Shown piece by piece: positions 36,748 to 46,353 of a stretch of 64,000 bases of DNA (position 1 is its first letter; each line of letters begins with the position of its first letter). This DNA comes from a virus. Lineage: Duplodnaviria; Heunggongvirae; Uroviricota; Caudoviricetes. The notes below the pieces were generated by a model, which did no database searches, was not told the DNA's origin, and saw only the letters and a list, made by a program, of their open reading frames with translations. The stretch covers positions 45,091-109,090 of IMG/VR virus record IMGVR_UViG_3300022697_000186; one strand, 5' to 3'. Both the position numbers and the translations under genes were made by a program.

Positions 36748-37029
36748 ATGAAAATTAATTTAGTTAAACGTGAAAATATAAAAAAAGACATAGATGAAGG
36801 TTTATTATATGATTCTATTAAGAGATATATTAAAGAATCAAAATACCCGAAGAACTTAGTTTTTAAAAAACAAAAACTATTAATAAAAGAACTTGATAGT
36901 AGATTAGATAAGACTATTAGATTAGTAAATCTTGGTGAAAAACAAATTAAAACAGCAGAACAAGAAAATGGAATACTGTGGCAGAAATGCAATTCCATTT
37001 TACGCGAATTAAGAGATAATATGGATTAA
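36748..37029 (+). CDS. hypothetical lysine-rich protein
   Basis: ORF track; chosen over antisense ORF. Confidence 0.5.
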   Translation: MKINLVKRENIKKDIDEGLLYDSIKRYIKESKYPKNLVFKKQKLLIKELDSRLDKTIRLVNLGEKQIKTAEQENGILWQKCNSILRELRDNMD

Positions 37030-37086
37030 ATTGATAATATCCAAAGTTTCTTATAGTTAAAACAATGTGAAATTTGAGATTTCACA

Positions 37087-37105
37087 TTAAGGACAAATTT
37101 TAAAT
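37087..37105 (+). promoter_or_regulatory. late promoter motif variant TTAAGGACAAATTTTAAAT
   Basis: motif copy. Confidence 0.4.
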
Positions 37106-37123
37106 TAATAGAAAGGTCTAGAC

Positions 37124-37519
37124 ATGGAAATTTCTAGATTAAGTAATAGTTTTAAAGAGCAAAGTTCTACTCTTCCTCTTGATTCCTTGTTGTCATATTT
37201 ATCTCAGATTGTTTTGAGTGAAACTGACAAGGAGATAAAAATAAAACAACTGGAATTAGATGAAAAGAAGATACAATTCAATAATTTGAAGGAAAATCTT
37301 AGAGTAGTTAAAAATCGCTTAGTTAATGTATCTACTGAAGAAAATAGATTGAATGCACTATATAAAGTTCTTCGTATAATCAGAACCTTAAAAAAAGAAG
37401 GTTTACTTGTAGGGAATAATAGAGCAAAGATAGATAAAATTTTAGGTAATATACATGACCAAGAGGAAAAAACCTTGATAACTTTATTAGACAGATTAAC
37501 ATTGTATTTACCAGATTGA
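37124..37519 (+). CDS. coiled-coil hypothetical protein
   Basis: ORF track. Confidence 0.5.
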   Translation: MEISRLSNSFKEQSSTLPLDSLLSYLSQIVLSETDKEIKIKQLELDEKKIQFNNLKENLRVVKNRLVNVSTEENRLNALYKVLRIIRTLKKEGLLVGNNRAKIDKILGNIHDQEEKTLITLLDRLTLYLPD

Positions 37520-37555
37520 TAATACATGAAATATTAAATTTATAGGAGATAATAA

Positions 37556-39007
37556 ATGAAGCATCTTTTACAAGAAGCCTATAAGGTATCTAAAAGAATG
37601 ACTGGAATTACAGTCAATACACCTGATGGCTTCAAACAAACTGTATCTGATAAAAATGCATGGGGTATTTATACTAATGCATTATCAGAAGGATTGGATA
37701 GAGACGCAACAGAACAATTTCAAGTGATGTCAGAAAACACTAGAATTGCTCTGATGGAGAACTCTATGTTCCAATTAAACCCATATGAATCTTTAACAAT
37801 GCCTGTTCTTAGAGTATTTTACCCTAAGCTTATTGCTAAAGAATTAGTTAATGTTATGCCAATTGATAAACCAGACGTAGTTAAAGGATTTATCCATGCT
37901 AAGTTTAAGAAAAATGGTGACGCTGGATTCGGAAGAAACTTCCCAGATACTACTGGAAATATTTCGCAAGGTCCTGATGTTGGTGTTACAGTTACTAAAA
38001 CAGCGTTAGTTGGTACTACTGATATTCTTGCCGAGGCAGGATTAACATCCACTAACTCTCATATAGAGAAAAACTTTAAAATCGTAGGACTTACTGATAG
38101 TACTGCTAATACAGCAGTTGTATCACTTGGTATTGATGTTGATGGTAATTTCTCACATACTGTTACTATTGCTACACAAACAGACGTGATCTCTGGTCAT
38201 GTTGACTTTGAAGCAGGAACTATTACTTTCTCTTCCGCTAATAGTATTGTTACTAGTATTGATTATGAAGCATATGCTTCACTAGAAGAAAATGCTATTA
38301 ATCCTGCTGTAAGATTCGAAGTTGAAAAGATTAGATTGACAGCAATTGATAGACGTATTTCTGCAGAATGGAGCATGAACATAGAGCAAGATGTTAAAGC
38401 ATTGTTCGATGTTGCTCTACAATCAGAATTAGTTAATATCATTGGTGAACAGATTGCATTAGATATTGATAATGAAATTATCAATACTTTAATTTCTTCT
38501 AATGCTGCATCAAATCCAATTTCTCATACTGATACATTCGACCTTAATCCTCCTACTACATTCACTTGGGGTAGAAAGAATTGGTACGAAAATATCATAC
38601 CTACACTAAATGAGCTATCCGCTCAGGTTTATAATAGTTCATTAATGGGAGCTGCTAATACTATTGCTGCTAACCCACTTGATGCAGCTGTTCTTGAATC
38701 TCTTAACGGATTTGAATATGCTGGTAATAGTGTTGATGGTGGAGATGTAGGATATAGAAGTGCAACAGTAGCTGGTGGAAAATGGAAAATACTTGTATCT
38801 TCTGTTGTACCACAAGGTAAAATGATTGTTAAATACCGCTCTAATGATTTGGCGAGAGCGGCATTCTGTTATGCCCCTTATGTACCAGCACTTTTGAGTC
38901 CATATCCATTAGGGAATAACCCCTCAATGACAATACTTAGCAGATACGCAAGCAAAATGATTAGACCTGAAGCATTGGCAGTTCTTAATATTACTGACAC
39001 TGCATAA
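37556..39007 (+). CDS. major capsid protein, T4 gp23-like
   Basis: C-terminal similarity to gp23 (GKxxVxxxxxxxxYAPYVxxLxP motif: CYAPYVPALLSPYPL vs T4 YYAPYVALTPL); highly expressed context (promoter + terminator). Confidence 0.65.
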   Translation: MKHLLQEAYKVSKRMTGITVNTPDGFKQTVSDKNAWGIYTNALSEGLDRDATEQFQVMSENTRIALMENSMFQLNPYESLTMPVLRVFYPKLIAKELVNVMPIDKPDVVKGFIHAKFKKNGDAGFGRNFPDTTGNISQGPDVGVTVTKTALVGTTDILAEAGLTSTNSHIEKNFKIVGLTDSTANTAVVSLGIDVDGNFSHTVTIATQTDVISGHVDFEAGTITFSSANSIVTSIDYEAYASLEENAINPAVRFEVEKIRLTAIDRRISAEWSMNIEQDVKALFDVALQSELVNIIGEQIALDIDNEIINTLISSNAASNPISHTDTFDLNPPTTFTWGRKNWYENIIPTLNELSAQVYNSSLMGAANTIAANPLDAAVLESLNGFEYAGNSVDGGDVGYRSATVAGGKWKILVSSVVPQGKMIVKYRSNDLARAAFCYAPYVPALLSPYPLGNNPSMTILSRYASKMIRPEALAVLNITDTA

Positions 39008-39039
39008 TTATTACGATTAATTACGTAGAATAATTACTC

Positions 39040-39073
39040 GGCTCCTCAGCTTATTTATTTAAGTTGGGGAGCC
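39040..39073. terminator. weak hairpin GGCTCC/GGAGCC followed by T-run, between convergent genes
   Basis: direct reading. Confidence 0.3.
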
Positions 39074-39078
39074 ACTTT

Positions 39079-40755
39079 TTACTCTCGAATTAATTCATAT
39101 ACATAATTCCCACAATCCCAAATACGGTCAAATTTATTTAATTGCATATTCTGCCATTCAGTAAGATTTGGATCAAACACTTCTAATAAGTTTTCTAACT
39201 TATGTTTCTGATACTTCATTCTTGATTCTCTACTTATATAATTTGTATAGAAATAACCTGGACTAGTTAATTTCTTATATTTAAATCCACAAGATTCATA
39301 TCCCTTACCTTCACCATATCTTGCATCAGCATAAGTAATAATTGAACTATTTGGGTTTAATTTCTTAAAATACTTTAATAATTTTGAAAGTCCACCAGTA
39401 ATAGAATAATTTAACTTATTACAGAATCTAAGTATCTCATAGTCATAATTCTTATTGAATCTTGATTTACCCATCGTAATCATAGATACTAATTTCTCTT
39501 CATAATAAAGACCTATATGAATTCCGTTTATAGGTCCTTGTAAATGATTATCAAAAAGAAACTGTTTAGCAATTTTATTAGAAACTTCTTTAATAATACA
39601 TTTTCTAGCGAATATCTTATTAGGAGATTTACCCATTTTGTTTAGTAATATACTTTTAACTATATCTCTTTTGTTTAACCACTCATCTTCAAATATCTGA
39701 ATCAAATGAATACCTTTTTGTTTAGCTAATAAAGTTTTATTCTGATGGTATTTAGAATCTTTATTATTACTAAGTTCACTATGCCAATATAATCCGTTGT
39801 ACTCAATTCCTAATTTTAACTCTTCAATATAGACATCTATTTCTTTCCCATTAAGTATTGTTCTATCTGATTTAGCATTTGGGTAGTATTGTCTTATGAA
39901 AGATAGGATTTCTAATTCACCTTTAGAACTGATTAATGGTGGATTACATGATGGACATCTAGGTAAAGTTCCGTTATCTATATTACTTTTAAATTCATTT
40001 CTACAGTTCTTACATATCCATTCATATTCTGTATTTTTAACACCAGTATAATCTTCTAATGTAAAATTTGGAATATATAAATCTTTCAATCTTTCAGAAT
40101 TAAAAAGTTTATTGAAAAACTTTTGTAAAATGGAACTTCTAATATTCTCTTTATTTTCTTTTGTTTGTGTAAAATATTCCACCCCAAATTTCTTAATACA
40201 TGTATCTCTATGTTTTTCCATATTATTATAATTTTCGTTATTATATCTTTTTAATTTGGTTTTCTTTCCTTTTTCTGGATTACAATACCCTATATTTCCA
40301 TATTTCTCTAATTTCGTTTTCTTCATTTTTTCTGGATTTACATATTCTGAATTTCCATATTTTTCTTTTTTTGATTTCTTTATTTTACTGGTATTATTAT
40401 ATTTGGAATCTCCATATCTTTCGATTTTTGTTTTATTTAATTTATCCCTAACTTCTTTTACATTTTGTGAACATTTAGGACTAGGACAGTACTTGCTGTA
40501 ACCTCTAGGTATTGTAACAAATTTAGTAGGAGGATTACCAAAAGGACAATTGATATTTTGACAAACTCCTTCTTTATCTATTTTTAGATAAATATCATAA
40601 TATTCTTTAGCAGAATTAGGATGTCCATTTTTTCCATAATTTGATCTTAGATGATTAGCAAATCCAGTAGTATTAAAAGTATCCTTTTTATGATTACAAG
40701 TTGACACTAAACATTTATGATATTTTGTTTTTTTCTTGAGTTTTTTTCTTTCCAT
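39079..40755 (-). CDS. free-standing homing endonuclease-like protein: N-terminal Zn/Cys region, K/E-rich (E)KYG(N/V)xxY repeats, C-terminal Vsr/DUF559-type PD-(D/E)XK nuclease domain
   Basis: IEYNGLYWHSE...IHLIQIFEDEW motif; paralog of 40778 and 63154 genes. Confidence 0.6.
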   Translation of the reverse strand: MERKKLKKKTKYHKCLVSTCNHKKDTFNTTGFANHLRSNYGKNGHPNSAKEYYDIYLKIDKEGVCQNINCPFGNPPTKFVTIPRGYSKYCPSPKCSQNVKEVRDKLNKTKIERYGDSKYNNTSKIKKSKKEKYGNSEYVNPEKMKKTKLEKYGNIGYCNPEKGKKTKLKRYNNENYNNMEKHRDTCIKKFGVEYFTQTKENKENIRSSILQKFFNKLFNSERLKDLYIPNFTLEDYTGVKNTEYEWICKNCRNEFKSNIDNGTLPRCPSCNPPLISSKGELEILSFIRQYYPNAKSDRTILNGKEIDVYIEELKLGIEYNGLYWHSELSNNKDSKYHQNKTLLAKQKGIHLIQIFEDEWLNKRDIVKSILLNKMGKSPNKIFARKCIIKEVSNKIAKQFLFDNHLQGPINGIHIGLYYEEKLVSMITMGKSRFNKNYDYEILRFCNKLNYSITGGLSKLLKYFKKLNPNSSIITYADARYGEGKGYESCGFKYKKLTSPGYFYTNYISRESRMKYQKHKLENLLEVFDPNLTEWQNMQLNKFDRIWDCGNYVYELIRE

Positions 40756-40777
40756 TGGTTTTATATTTTTAAATTCC

Positions 40778-42676
40778 TTAATTTAAAATTAATTCATATA
40801 CATAATTACCACAGTTCCAAATTCTGTCGAAACCGTTTAGCTGCATATTTTGCCATTCAGTAAAAGTTGGGTCAAACGTTTCTAATAAGTTTTTCAACTT
40901 ATGTTTCTGGTATTTCATTCTAGATTCCCTACCATTATTTTTTAAATAAAAATAACCTGGACTAGTTAATTCCTTGTATTTAAACCCACATTTTTCATAC
41001 CCTTTACCTTCACCAATTCTTGCGTCAGCGTAAGTGATAATAGATTCTGGATTATACTCTTTTCTAAAATACTTTATTAACTTGGATAGACCACCAGTAA
41101 CTGATGTATTTAATTTGTTACAAAAACGAAGTATTTCGTAATCAAATGACTTGTTAAATCTAGATTTACCCATCGAAATCATCGAAATTAATTGATTTTC
41201 AAAATAGATTCCAATATGTGTACATTGTATACCACCTTGTAAATGATTGTCAAATAAGAATTGTTTAGCTTCTTTGTTTTCTACAGATTTAATTATACAC
41301 TTTCTAGCGAATACTTTATTGGGAGATTTACCCATTTTGTTTAATAGAATTGATTTCACTATATCTTGTTTATTCAACCATTCGTCTTCAAATATCTGAA
41401 TCAAGTGAATACCTTTGGATTTTGCAAGTAAAGTTTTCTCTTGATGATATTTAGAATCTTTATTACCACCTATTTCACTGTGCCAGTATAATCCGTTATA
41501 TTCAATACCCAGTTTAAGTTCTTCGATATAAATATCTATTTCTTTTCCATTAAGTATAGTTCTATCTGATTTAGCATTTGGGTAATACTGTTTTATAAAT
41601 TCTAATACTTCTTGTTCAGCTTGAGAAGTACCAGAATTTGTAAGTCTTGGGTAACAATAATTACATTTTGGAATATGACCATCATCAATATTATCTTCAA
41701 AAATTTGTTTACATTTTTTACATTCCCAGGAATATTTTTTATTTTTTACACCATCATATTCTTCCAAATTAAAATTAGGAATACATCTTTCTTTCAATCT
41801 ATCTGAATTGATTAATGATTTAAAAAATTTGTTCTGTAAAGATCTTCTAACTTTTTCTTTTATTTCTTTAGATTCCATAGGATGTGAACATTGATATTTT
41901 TTCTTCATTGATTCACATACTTTTTTACTAAGTGCTTTAGAAGCAAATGTATATCCACCATATCTGTTAATTACTGTCTTTTTTCTTAATTCTAATATAT
42001 TCTTAGTTTTTTCTATACCATATTTTTCTATTAATGGTCCTTTAAATTTATCTTTAGTTTCTTTTCTTTTCATAATATTATTAACACCATATATTTTCAT
42101 CATGGTATCTTTAGTTTTATTTGCTAATTCTTCACTAGCAAATCCTGTACCACCATACTTTTCTTTATTTGTATTTTTAATTTTTTCATTTACACCTGGT
42201 ATATGTCTTACATTTGTTATGTTTTTTCCATGTTTTTCTTGAAGGGTATTCTGGCGTTTCAATTCTGCATTAGATGAAGTACGACCGTCCGGATTTTTTT
42301 TACCTAAATTTATACACGTATTACATATAAGTTTTGAAGATGGTGATGTAATAGGAACTTCTATTTCATCTTTAGGACAATCATTATCATTTTTATAATA
42401 ACAAAAAACTATTTTAGTTTTATTTAATTTGATATTTGATTTGAGAGTATTGATTCCATTTCGACCTCTTTCTTTTCTCAATCTAAATTCAACTAAAGTC
42501 ATTGTTGGATGATTTGGATAATTTTCCAAAATCTCTTCTAATGTAGTTCCATGATTTTTTGCATGTTTTGGATGTAAAAATTTCATAGGTTTATTATTTG
42601 TATCTGAAGATACATTACAAATTGGACATGTGATTTTTTCTATATCATCAACGATATATTTTTTAGTTTTAAACAT
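40778..42676 (-). CDS. homing endonuclease-like protein, paralog (Vsr/DUF559-type nuclease domain + KYG repeats)
   Basis: C-terminal ~280 aa nearly collinear with 39079 gene. Confidence 0.6.
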   Translation of the reverse strand: MFKTKKYIVDDIEKITCPICNVSSDTNNKPMKFLHPKHAKNHGTTLEEILENYPNHPTMTLVEFRLRKERGRNGINTLKSNIKLNKTKIVFCYYKNDNDCPKDEIEVPITSPSSKLICNTCINLGKKNPDGRTSSNAELKRQNTLQEKHGKNITNVRHIPGVNEKIKNTNKEKYGGTGFASEELANKTKDTMMKIYGVNNIMKRKETKDKFKGPLIEKYGIEKTKNILELRKKTVINRYGGYTFASKALSKKVCESMKKKYQCSHPMESKEIKEKVRRSLQNKFFKSLINSDRLKERCIPNFNLEEYDGVKNKKYSWECKKCKQIFEDNIDDGHIPKCNYCYPRLTNSGTSQAEQEVLEFIKQYYPNAKSDRTILNGKEIDIYIEELKLGIEYNGLYWHSEIGGNKDSKYHQEKTLLAKSKGIHLIQIFEDEWLNKQDIVKSILLNKMGKSPNKVFARKCIIKSVENKEAKQFLFDNHLQGGIQCTHIGIYFENQLISMISMGKSRFNKSFDYEILRFCNKLNTSVTGGLSKLIKYFRKEYNPESIITYADARIGEGKGYEKCGFKYKELTSPGYFYLKNNGRESRMKYQKHKLKNLLETFDPTFTEWQNMQLNGFDRIWNCGNYVYELILN

Positions 42677-42779
42677 TCTATTTTACCTCAAAAATTTAAA
42701 TAATATACTTAGTCTATATTATTTAATATATATAACATAATTATTAGTTTTATATTTGTCCAGAATAAAAATAATTAAA

Positions 42780-42797
42780 TCAGGACAAATATAAAAC
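42780..42797 (+). promoter_or_regulatory. late promoter motif variant TCAGGACAAATATAAAAC
   Basis: motif copy 25 nt upstream of ATG 42822. Confidence 0.4.
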
Positions 42798-42821
42798 TAT
42801 TGATATAAGGAGTATAAAATT

Positions 42822-43127
42822 ATGGCAGGAACACCATCATCAAGAAAAGATGATTTATGGGAAGGAACTTGTAATGCAACTGGTCACGGGTATGTTAAAG
42901 GTGGTACTATAGTAGAAGGAAGTCTTGATGTTCTTTTGAATGGTAAACCTAATGCTCGTAAAGGTGATAAAGTTGTAGCTACTTGTGGACATGAGGGTAT
43001 TATATCTTCAGGTAGTCCTGATTGTACAATTAATGGAGTACCTGATGCAAGAGTTGGAGATACAGTTACTGGTCTAACAATTGATGGTATCATTACAACA
43101 GGGTCTCCAGATTCTGGTTCTAATTAA
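42822..43127 (+). CDS. PAAR-repeat protein (tail spike tip, T4 gp5.4-like)
   Basis: repeated PNARKGDKV / PDARVGDTV PAAR-like motifs with conserved Cys/His. Confidence 0.65.
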   Translation: MAGTPSSRKDDLWEGTCNATGHGYVKGGTIVEGSLDVLLNGKPNARKGDKVVATCGHEGIISSGSPDCTINGVPDARVGDTVTGLTIDGIITTGSPDSGSN

Positions 43128-43153
43128 TATTTATAAGTGAGGGTTTTGGTTTT

Positions 43154-43594
43154 ATGAAAGTATATATTGCATCTAGTTTTCAAAATAAAGTATTAATAAA
43201 ATCATTAGAACTTTATATGAAACTTGTAATAAACGAAGTTGAAATAGTTTCTGATTGGTATAATGATATTAAAATTGGAACATTAAAAGAAAGAGCTCAA
43301 CTTGATTATAGTGGTATAGATGAAGCTGATTTAGTTTTAGCTATACATAAATTTGGTTATGGTACTAGTTCTGAAATGGGATATGCTTTAGGAAGTAACA
43401 CACCTTTAATTTATCTTGTTGATGAAATATTTTTTCCAGGTATGGATTCTACTGGAGAATCTATAGATGAAATATTACCTTCAGGTCTTTTAGAATTATA
43501 TAATGGTGAAAATGATATAAAGAATATTCATGGATTAATAGTTCATAATATTAAAGATCTTTTAAAAGTGTTAAAATTATATTTGAAAGAATAA
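43154..43594 (+). CDS. nucleoside 2-deoxyribosyltransferase / DNPH1 (Rcl)-like protein
   Basis: VYIASSF ... DxxGIDEADLVLA ... GTSSEMGYALGSNTPLIYL matches family core. Confidence 0.5.
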   Translation: MKVYIASSFQNKVLIKSLELYMKLVINEVEIVSDWYNDIKIGTLKERAQLDYSGIDEADLVLAIHKFGYGTSSEMGYALGSNTPLIYLVDEIFFPGMDSTGESIDEILPSGLLELYNGENDIKNIHGLIVHNIKDLLKVLKLYLKE

Positions 43595-43599
43595 ATTAA

Positions 43600-43929
43600 A
43601 TGCTAAAAGAAAATAAAGAAGAAAAACAAAGACTTAAAACTGGATTAGATTTAATAAAGAAGATTGAAAAGTCTGGTACAGTAATGATTAAATTTAAGAA
43701 AAAAGATGGTTCAAATAGATTAATGAAATGTACATTAGATTTAAAGTTAATACCAAAGGACAATCTTCCCAAGAGTAAAGATCTTAAATTTGTAAGAGAA
43801 CGTATAAAGAAATATGGTTTAGTAGTTGTATATGATTTAGAAAAAGAAGGTTGGAGATCAATACTATTTAATAATATAGAGTGGTTAAAAAATGTGAATA
43901 ATGAATCATTTTTAGTAGGTTTATCATAA
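43600..43929 (+). CDS. lysine-rich hypothetical protein
   Basis: ORF track; preferred over antisense ORF. Confidence 0.45.
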   Translation: MLKENKEEKQRLKTGLDLIKKIEKSGTVMIKFKKKDGSNRLMKCTLDLKLIPKDNLPKSKDLKFVRERIKKYGLVVVYDLEKEGWRSILFNNIEWLKNVNNESFLVGLS

Positions 43930-43944
43930 ATATAAGAATTAAAA

Positions 43945-43963
43945 TTTAGGACAAACTGTAAAC
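43945..43963 (+). promoter_or_regulatory. late promoter motif TTTAGGACAAACTGTAAAC
   Basis: motif copy. Confidence 0.5.
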
Positions 43964-44025
43964 ATTTATGGTATAAAGACCTTAAAATAATTAGAAAGAT
44001 CTTAAATTTAACAGGAGGAATAAAA

Positions 44026-45552
44026 ATGAGTTTTGAATTATTAGACAGCATTCTAGTAGAGAATGGTAGAGAGCCAATTTTGGCTGATAATGTAAAGACT
44101 GATTCTACATCAGAAGTAATCAGTGAAGATGCAGAAATCTTTTCAAAAGTTGATAGTTTGATAGAAGAAGCAATGAGAGCTTCTTTGAGATCAACAATTG
44201 TTGAGAGTGCAATTAATAGTGATACTAAAATAGATCATTTGACATTGGTTGAAGATGCTGTTTTTACTAAAGAACAAATGGAAAGTTTCATGGAAACAAC
44301 TATTCATCCTATTTTAGAGTTGGGTGGTTATATTAATGGAATTACTGATCTTGGTGGAAAAGACCCAGTAGCAGTATCACTTCCTGTTTATGAAACAGCA
44401 TTAACAATTTATGAAGAAGCTTATGGTTGGGCTGATCCAGACGTTACGTCTGATGAAGAATCACTAGAAGAATCACTAGAAGAATCAGTAATAGAAAATT
44501 CACGTTCATTATATCAATCAATTCTTTCTGAATCAGAATCAGTAGATACTGATGAATCTGGTGAAGAAGGGGATGAAGCAGGAACAGGTGATGCTGTTGA
44601 TGAAGATGATGATTTAACTGCTGATGGAAATGGACCTACTCAAAGTGATTCAATTTTGAAGGATAGTTTTATTAATAAGTTAGCAGACATATTTGAAACT
44701 TATGGTATTAGTGATGATGATGAAGATGCTCAAAATTATATTCTTGATGAAGCTATAGATCATCTTGTTGCTTATGGTTTAGATAATTTAAGACCATCAA
44801 TTAGTGATTTAGCTGAAGTTGTAGTTGTTTCTAATATGATTTCTGAAAGAGATGGTACACCTACAATATCTCAAATTTTAGAAAGTGAACTACATGAAGT
44901 AAATCCAGTAGATCTTGGAACTAAATCGAATCAAAAACTATTAGGAGCTAAGCCTGGTAGAGTCACCGCTGCTAAGAATTATATCGGTGACAAAATGAAA
45001 AATGCTTCTATACATGCTAAAACTATAGGTACCAAACTTAGTGGTGCGGCTAACTCAGCAAAAGACGCAGTTAAGAATTCTGCTAAAAAACTTCATGGGT
45101 ATTTAAAAGGTTCAACTGAAGCCCAAAAGAAAGCAGCAAATGCTCCAAAGAAAGGTATAATTAGTAAATCAGCAGAATTAGCAAGAAAAGGTTATACTGC
45201 AGTTTCTAAAGGACTTGGATCAGCAAAAGACGCAGTTAAGAATGCTTCTACAGCTGCTGGTAAGGCCATTTCAGATAGAGCTTCAAAAATAGGTCCATAT
45301 ATTGCTAAACACAAAATGGGAGTAGGAGTTGGAGCTACTGCTGTTGCTGCAGCTACTGGTGCTGCATTAGCTTATAAAAGACATCAAGCTAAAGGTAAGA
45401 CTAAACAGGAGTCAGCAGTAGTTGCTCGTAAATTAGTAGAAGCTCAATTGGCTCCAGGTCAATTAATTAGATCTGAAGAAAAAAGTAATAGTTTAATGTT
45501 AAGTCAGATAGCAGATTGGAAAAGAAGAGAAGTAGAATATACTAATTCCTAA
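44026..45552 (+). CDS. virion-associated protein, acidic central region and Lys/Ala-rich repeated C-terminus (scaffold or internal head protein candidate)
   Basis: ORF track; repeats SAKDAVKN(S/A); late operon. Confidence 0.5.
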   Translation: MSFELLDSILVENGREPILADNVKTDSTSEVISEDAEIFSKVDSLIEEAMRASLRSTIVESAINSDTKIDHLTLVEDAVFTKEQMESFMETTIHPILELGGYINGITDLGGKDPVAVSLPVYETALTIYEEAYGWADPDVTSDEESLEESLEESVIENSRSLYQSILSESESVDTDESGEEGDEAGTGDAVDEDDDLTADGNGPTQSDSILKDSFINKLADIFETYGISDDDEDAQNYILDEAIDHLVAYGLDNLRPSISDLAEVVVVSNMISERDGTPTISQILESELHEVNPVDLGTKSNQKLLGAKPGRVTAAKNYIGDKMKNASIHAKTIGTKLSGAANSAKDAVKNSAKKLHGYLKGSTEAQKKAANAPKKGIISKSAELARKGYTAVSKGLGSAKDAVKNASTAAGKAISDRASKIGPYIAKHKMGVGVGATAVAAATGAALAYKRHQAKGKTKQESAVVARKLVEAQLAPGQLIRSEEKSNSLMLSQIADWKRREVEYTNS

Positions 45553-45586
45553 TCTTTAAGATTAGTTTAACTTTCTTTTTATGCGT

Positions 45587-45627
45587 TGGAGTTAGGTTAT
45601 ATTAATATAGCCTAACTCCATTTTTTT
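45587..45627 (+). terminator. 16-bp stem hairpin + T7 run (rho-independent)
   Basis: TGGAGTTAGGTTATAT/ATATAGCCTAACTCCA then TTTTTTT. Confidence 0.8.
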
Positions 45628-45657
45628 CATAATTTTTTAAAAGTTTTAATTATAAAT

Positions 45658-45677
45658 TTAGGACAAACTATAAATTA
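45658..45677 (+). promoter_or_regulatory. late promoter motif TTTAGGACAAACTATAAATT
   Basis: followed by AGGAG SD and ATG 45690. Confidence 0.6.
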
Positions 45678-45689
45678 GGAGTTATTTAA

Positions 45690-46322
45690 ATGAATCTAAT
45701 TTCAGGAGCTACTCCTTCTGCTTTTGGTCAATGTCTAGTAAATGAAACGGATAAGATATGTTTAATAACTATTCCAAAATGTGGTTCAGTCTCACTAAAA
45801 TCATCTTTAGAAAAAACAAAAATGTTTACTGCTACAACTGTAAATAATATTTCTAATTTAAATGATCCTGGATGGATATTCATATGTGTTATTCGTAATC
45901 CATTAGAAAGATGGATAAGTGGTTTTGTTCAATATGTTTATATTTTATTTTGTTCAGGAGAAGGAAATAAAAAGGAATGTAGAAATGTTTTATATAAAAA
46001 GACTCAACAAATATTTGAACAATTTACATTTGATGCTCATACTGAAACACAAGTATCTTATTTAAATTATTTTAAAGAATATATAGATAAACCTATTATA
46101 TTTTTCAAGTTGGATAAAATTAATGAATTATATAAATGGTTTTCTGATCATGGTTATAATATAGAAAAAACCAAAAAAAATATTAGTAATGATATACCTT
46201 TAAAAAAAGAAATTAACAGTATATTAAAAACCTTTATAAATAATAATTCTATTTATAAAGATAAGATTAATGAATATCATAAAGATGATTGGTGTTTATA
46301 TAAAGAATTAAATATTAATTAA
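45690..46322 (+). CDS. putative sulfotransferase (Sulfotransfer_2-like)
   Basis: 5'-PSB-like IPKCGSVSL and 3'-PB-like IRNPLERWISGF motifs at expected spacing. Confidence 0.5.
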   Translation: MNLISGATPSAFGQCLVNETDKICLITIPKCGSVSLKSSLEKTKMFTATTVNNISNLNDPGWIFICVIRNPLERWISGFVQYVYILFCSGEGNKKECRNVLYKKTQQIFEQFTFDAHTETQVSYLNYFKEYIDKPIIFFKLDKINELYKWFSDHGYNIEKTKKNISNDIPLKKEINSILKTFINNNSIYKDKINEYHKDDWCLYKELNIN

Positions 46323-46353
46323 AGATAATTTTATTTAAAATAAGGAGACATAG

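Noticed and set aside
37556-39007. Assigning this gene as portal or sheath rather than capsid
   Set aside because: The C-terminal YAPYV...L..P segment and the GK..V.Y motif match T4 gp23, not gp20 or gp18. The gene is flanked by a promoter and a terminator, consistent with the most abundant virion protein.
43596-44051. Minus-strand 151-aa ORF
   Set aside because: It is antisense within the + strand late operon, has low-complexity Phe/Leu/Ser content typical of the reverse of a Lys/Glu-rich gene, and overlaps the better-supported + ORF 43600-43929.
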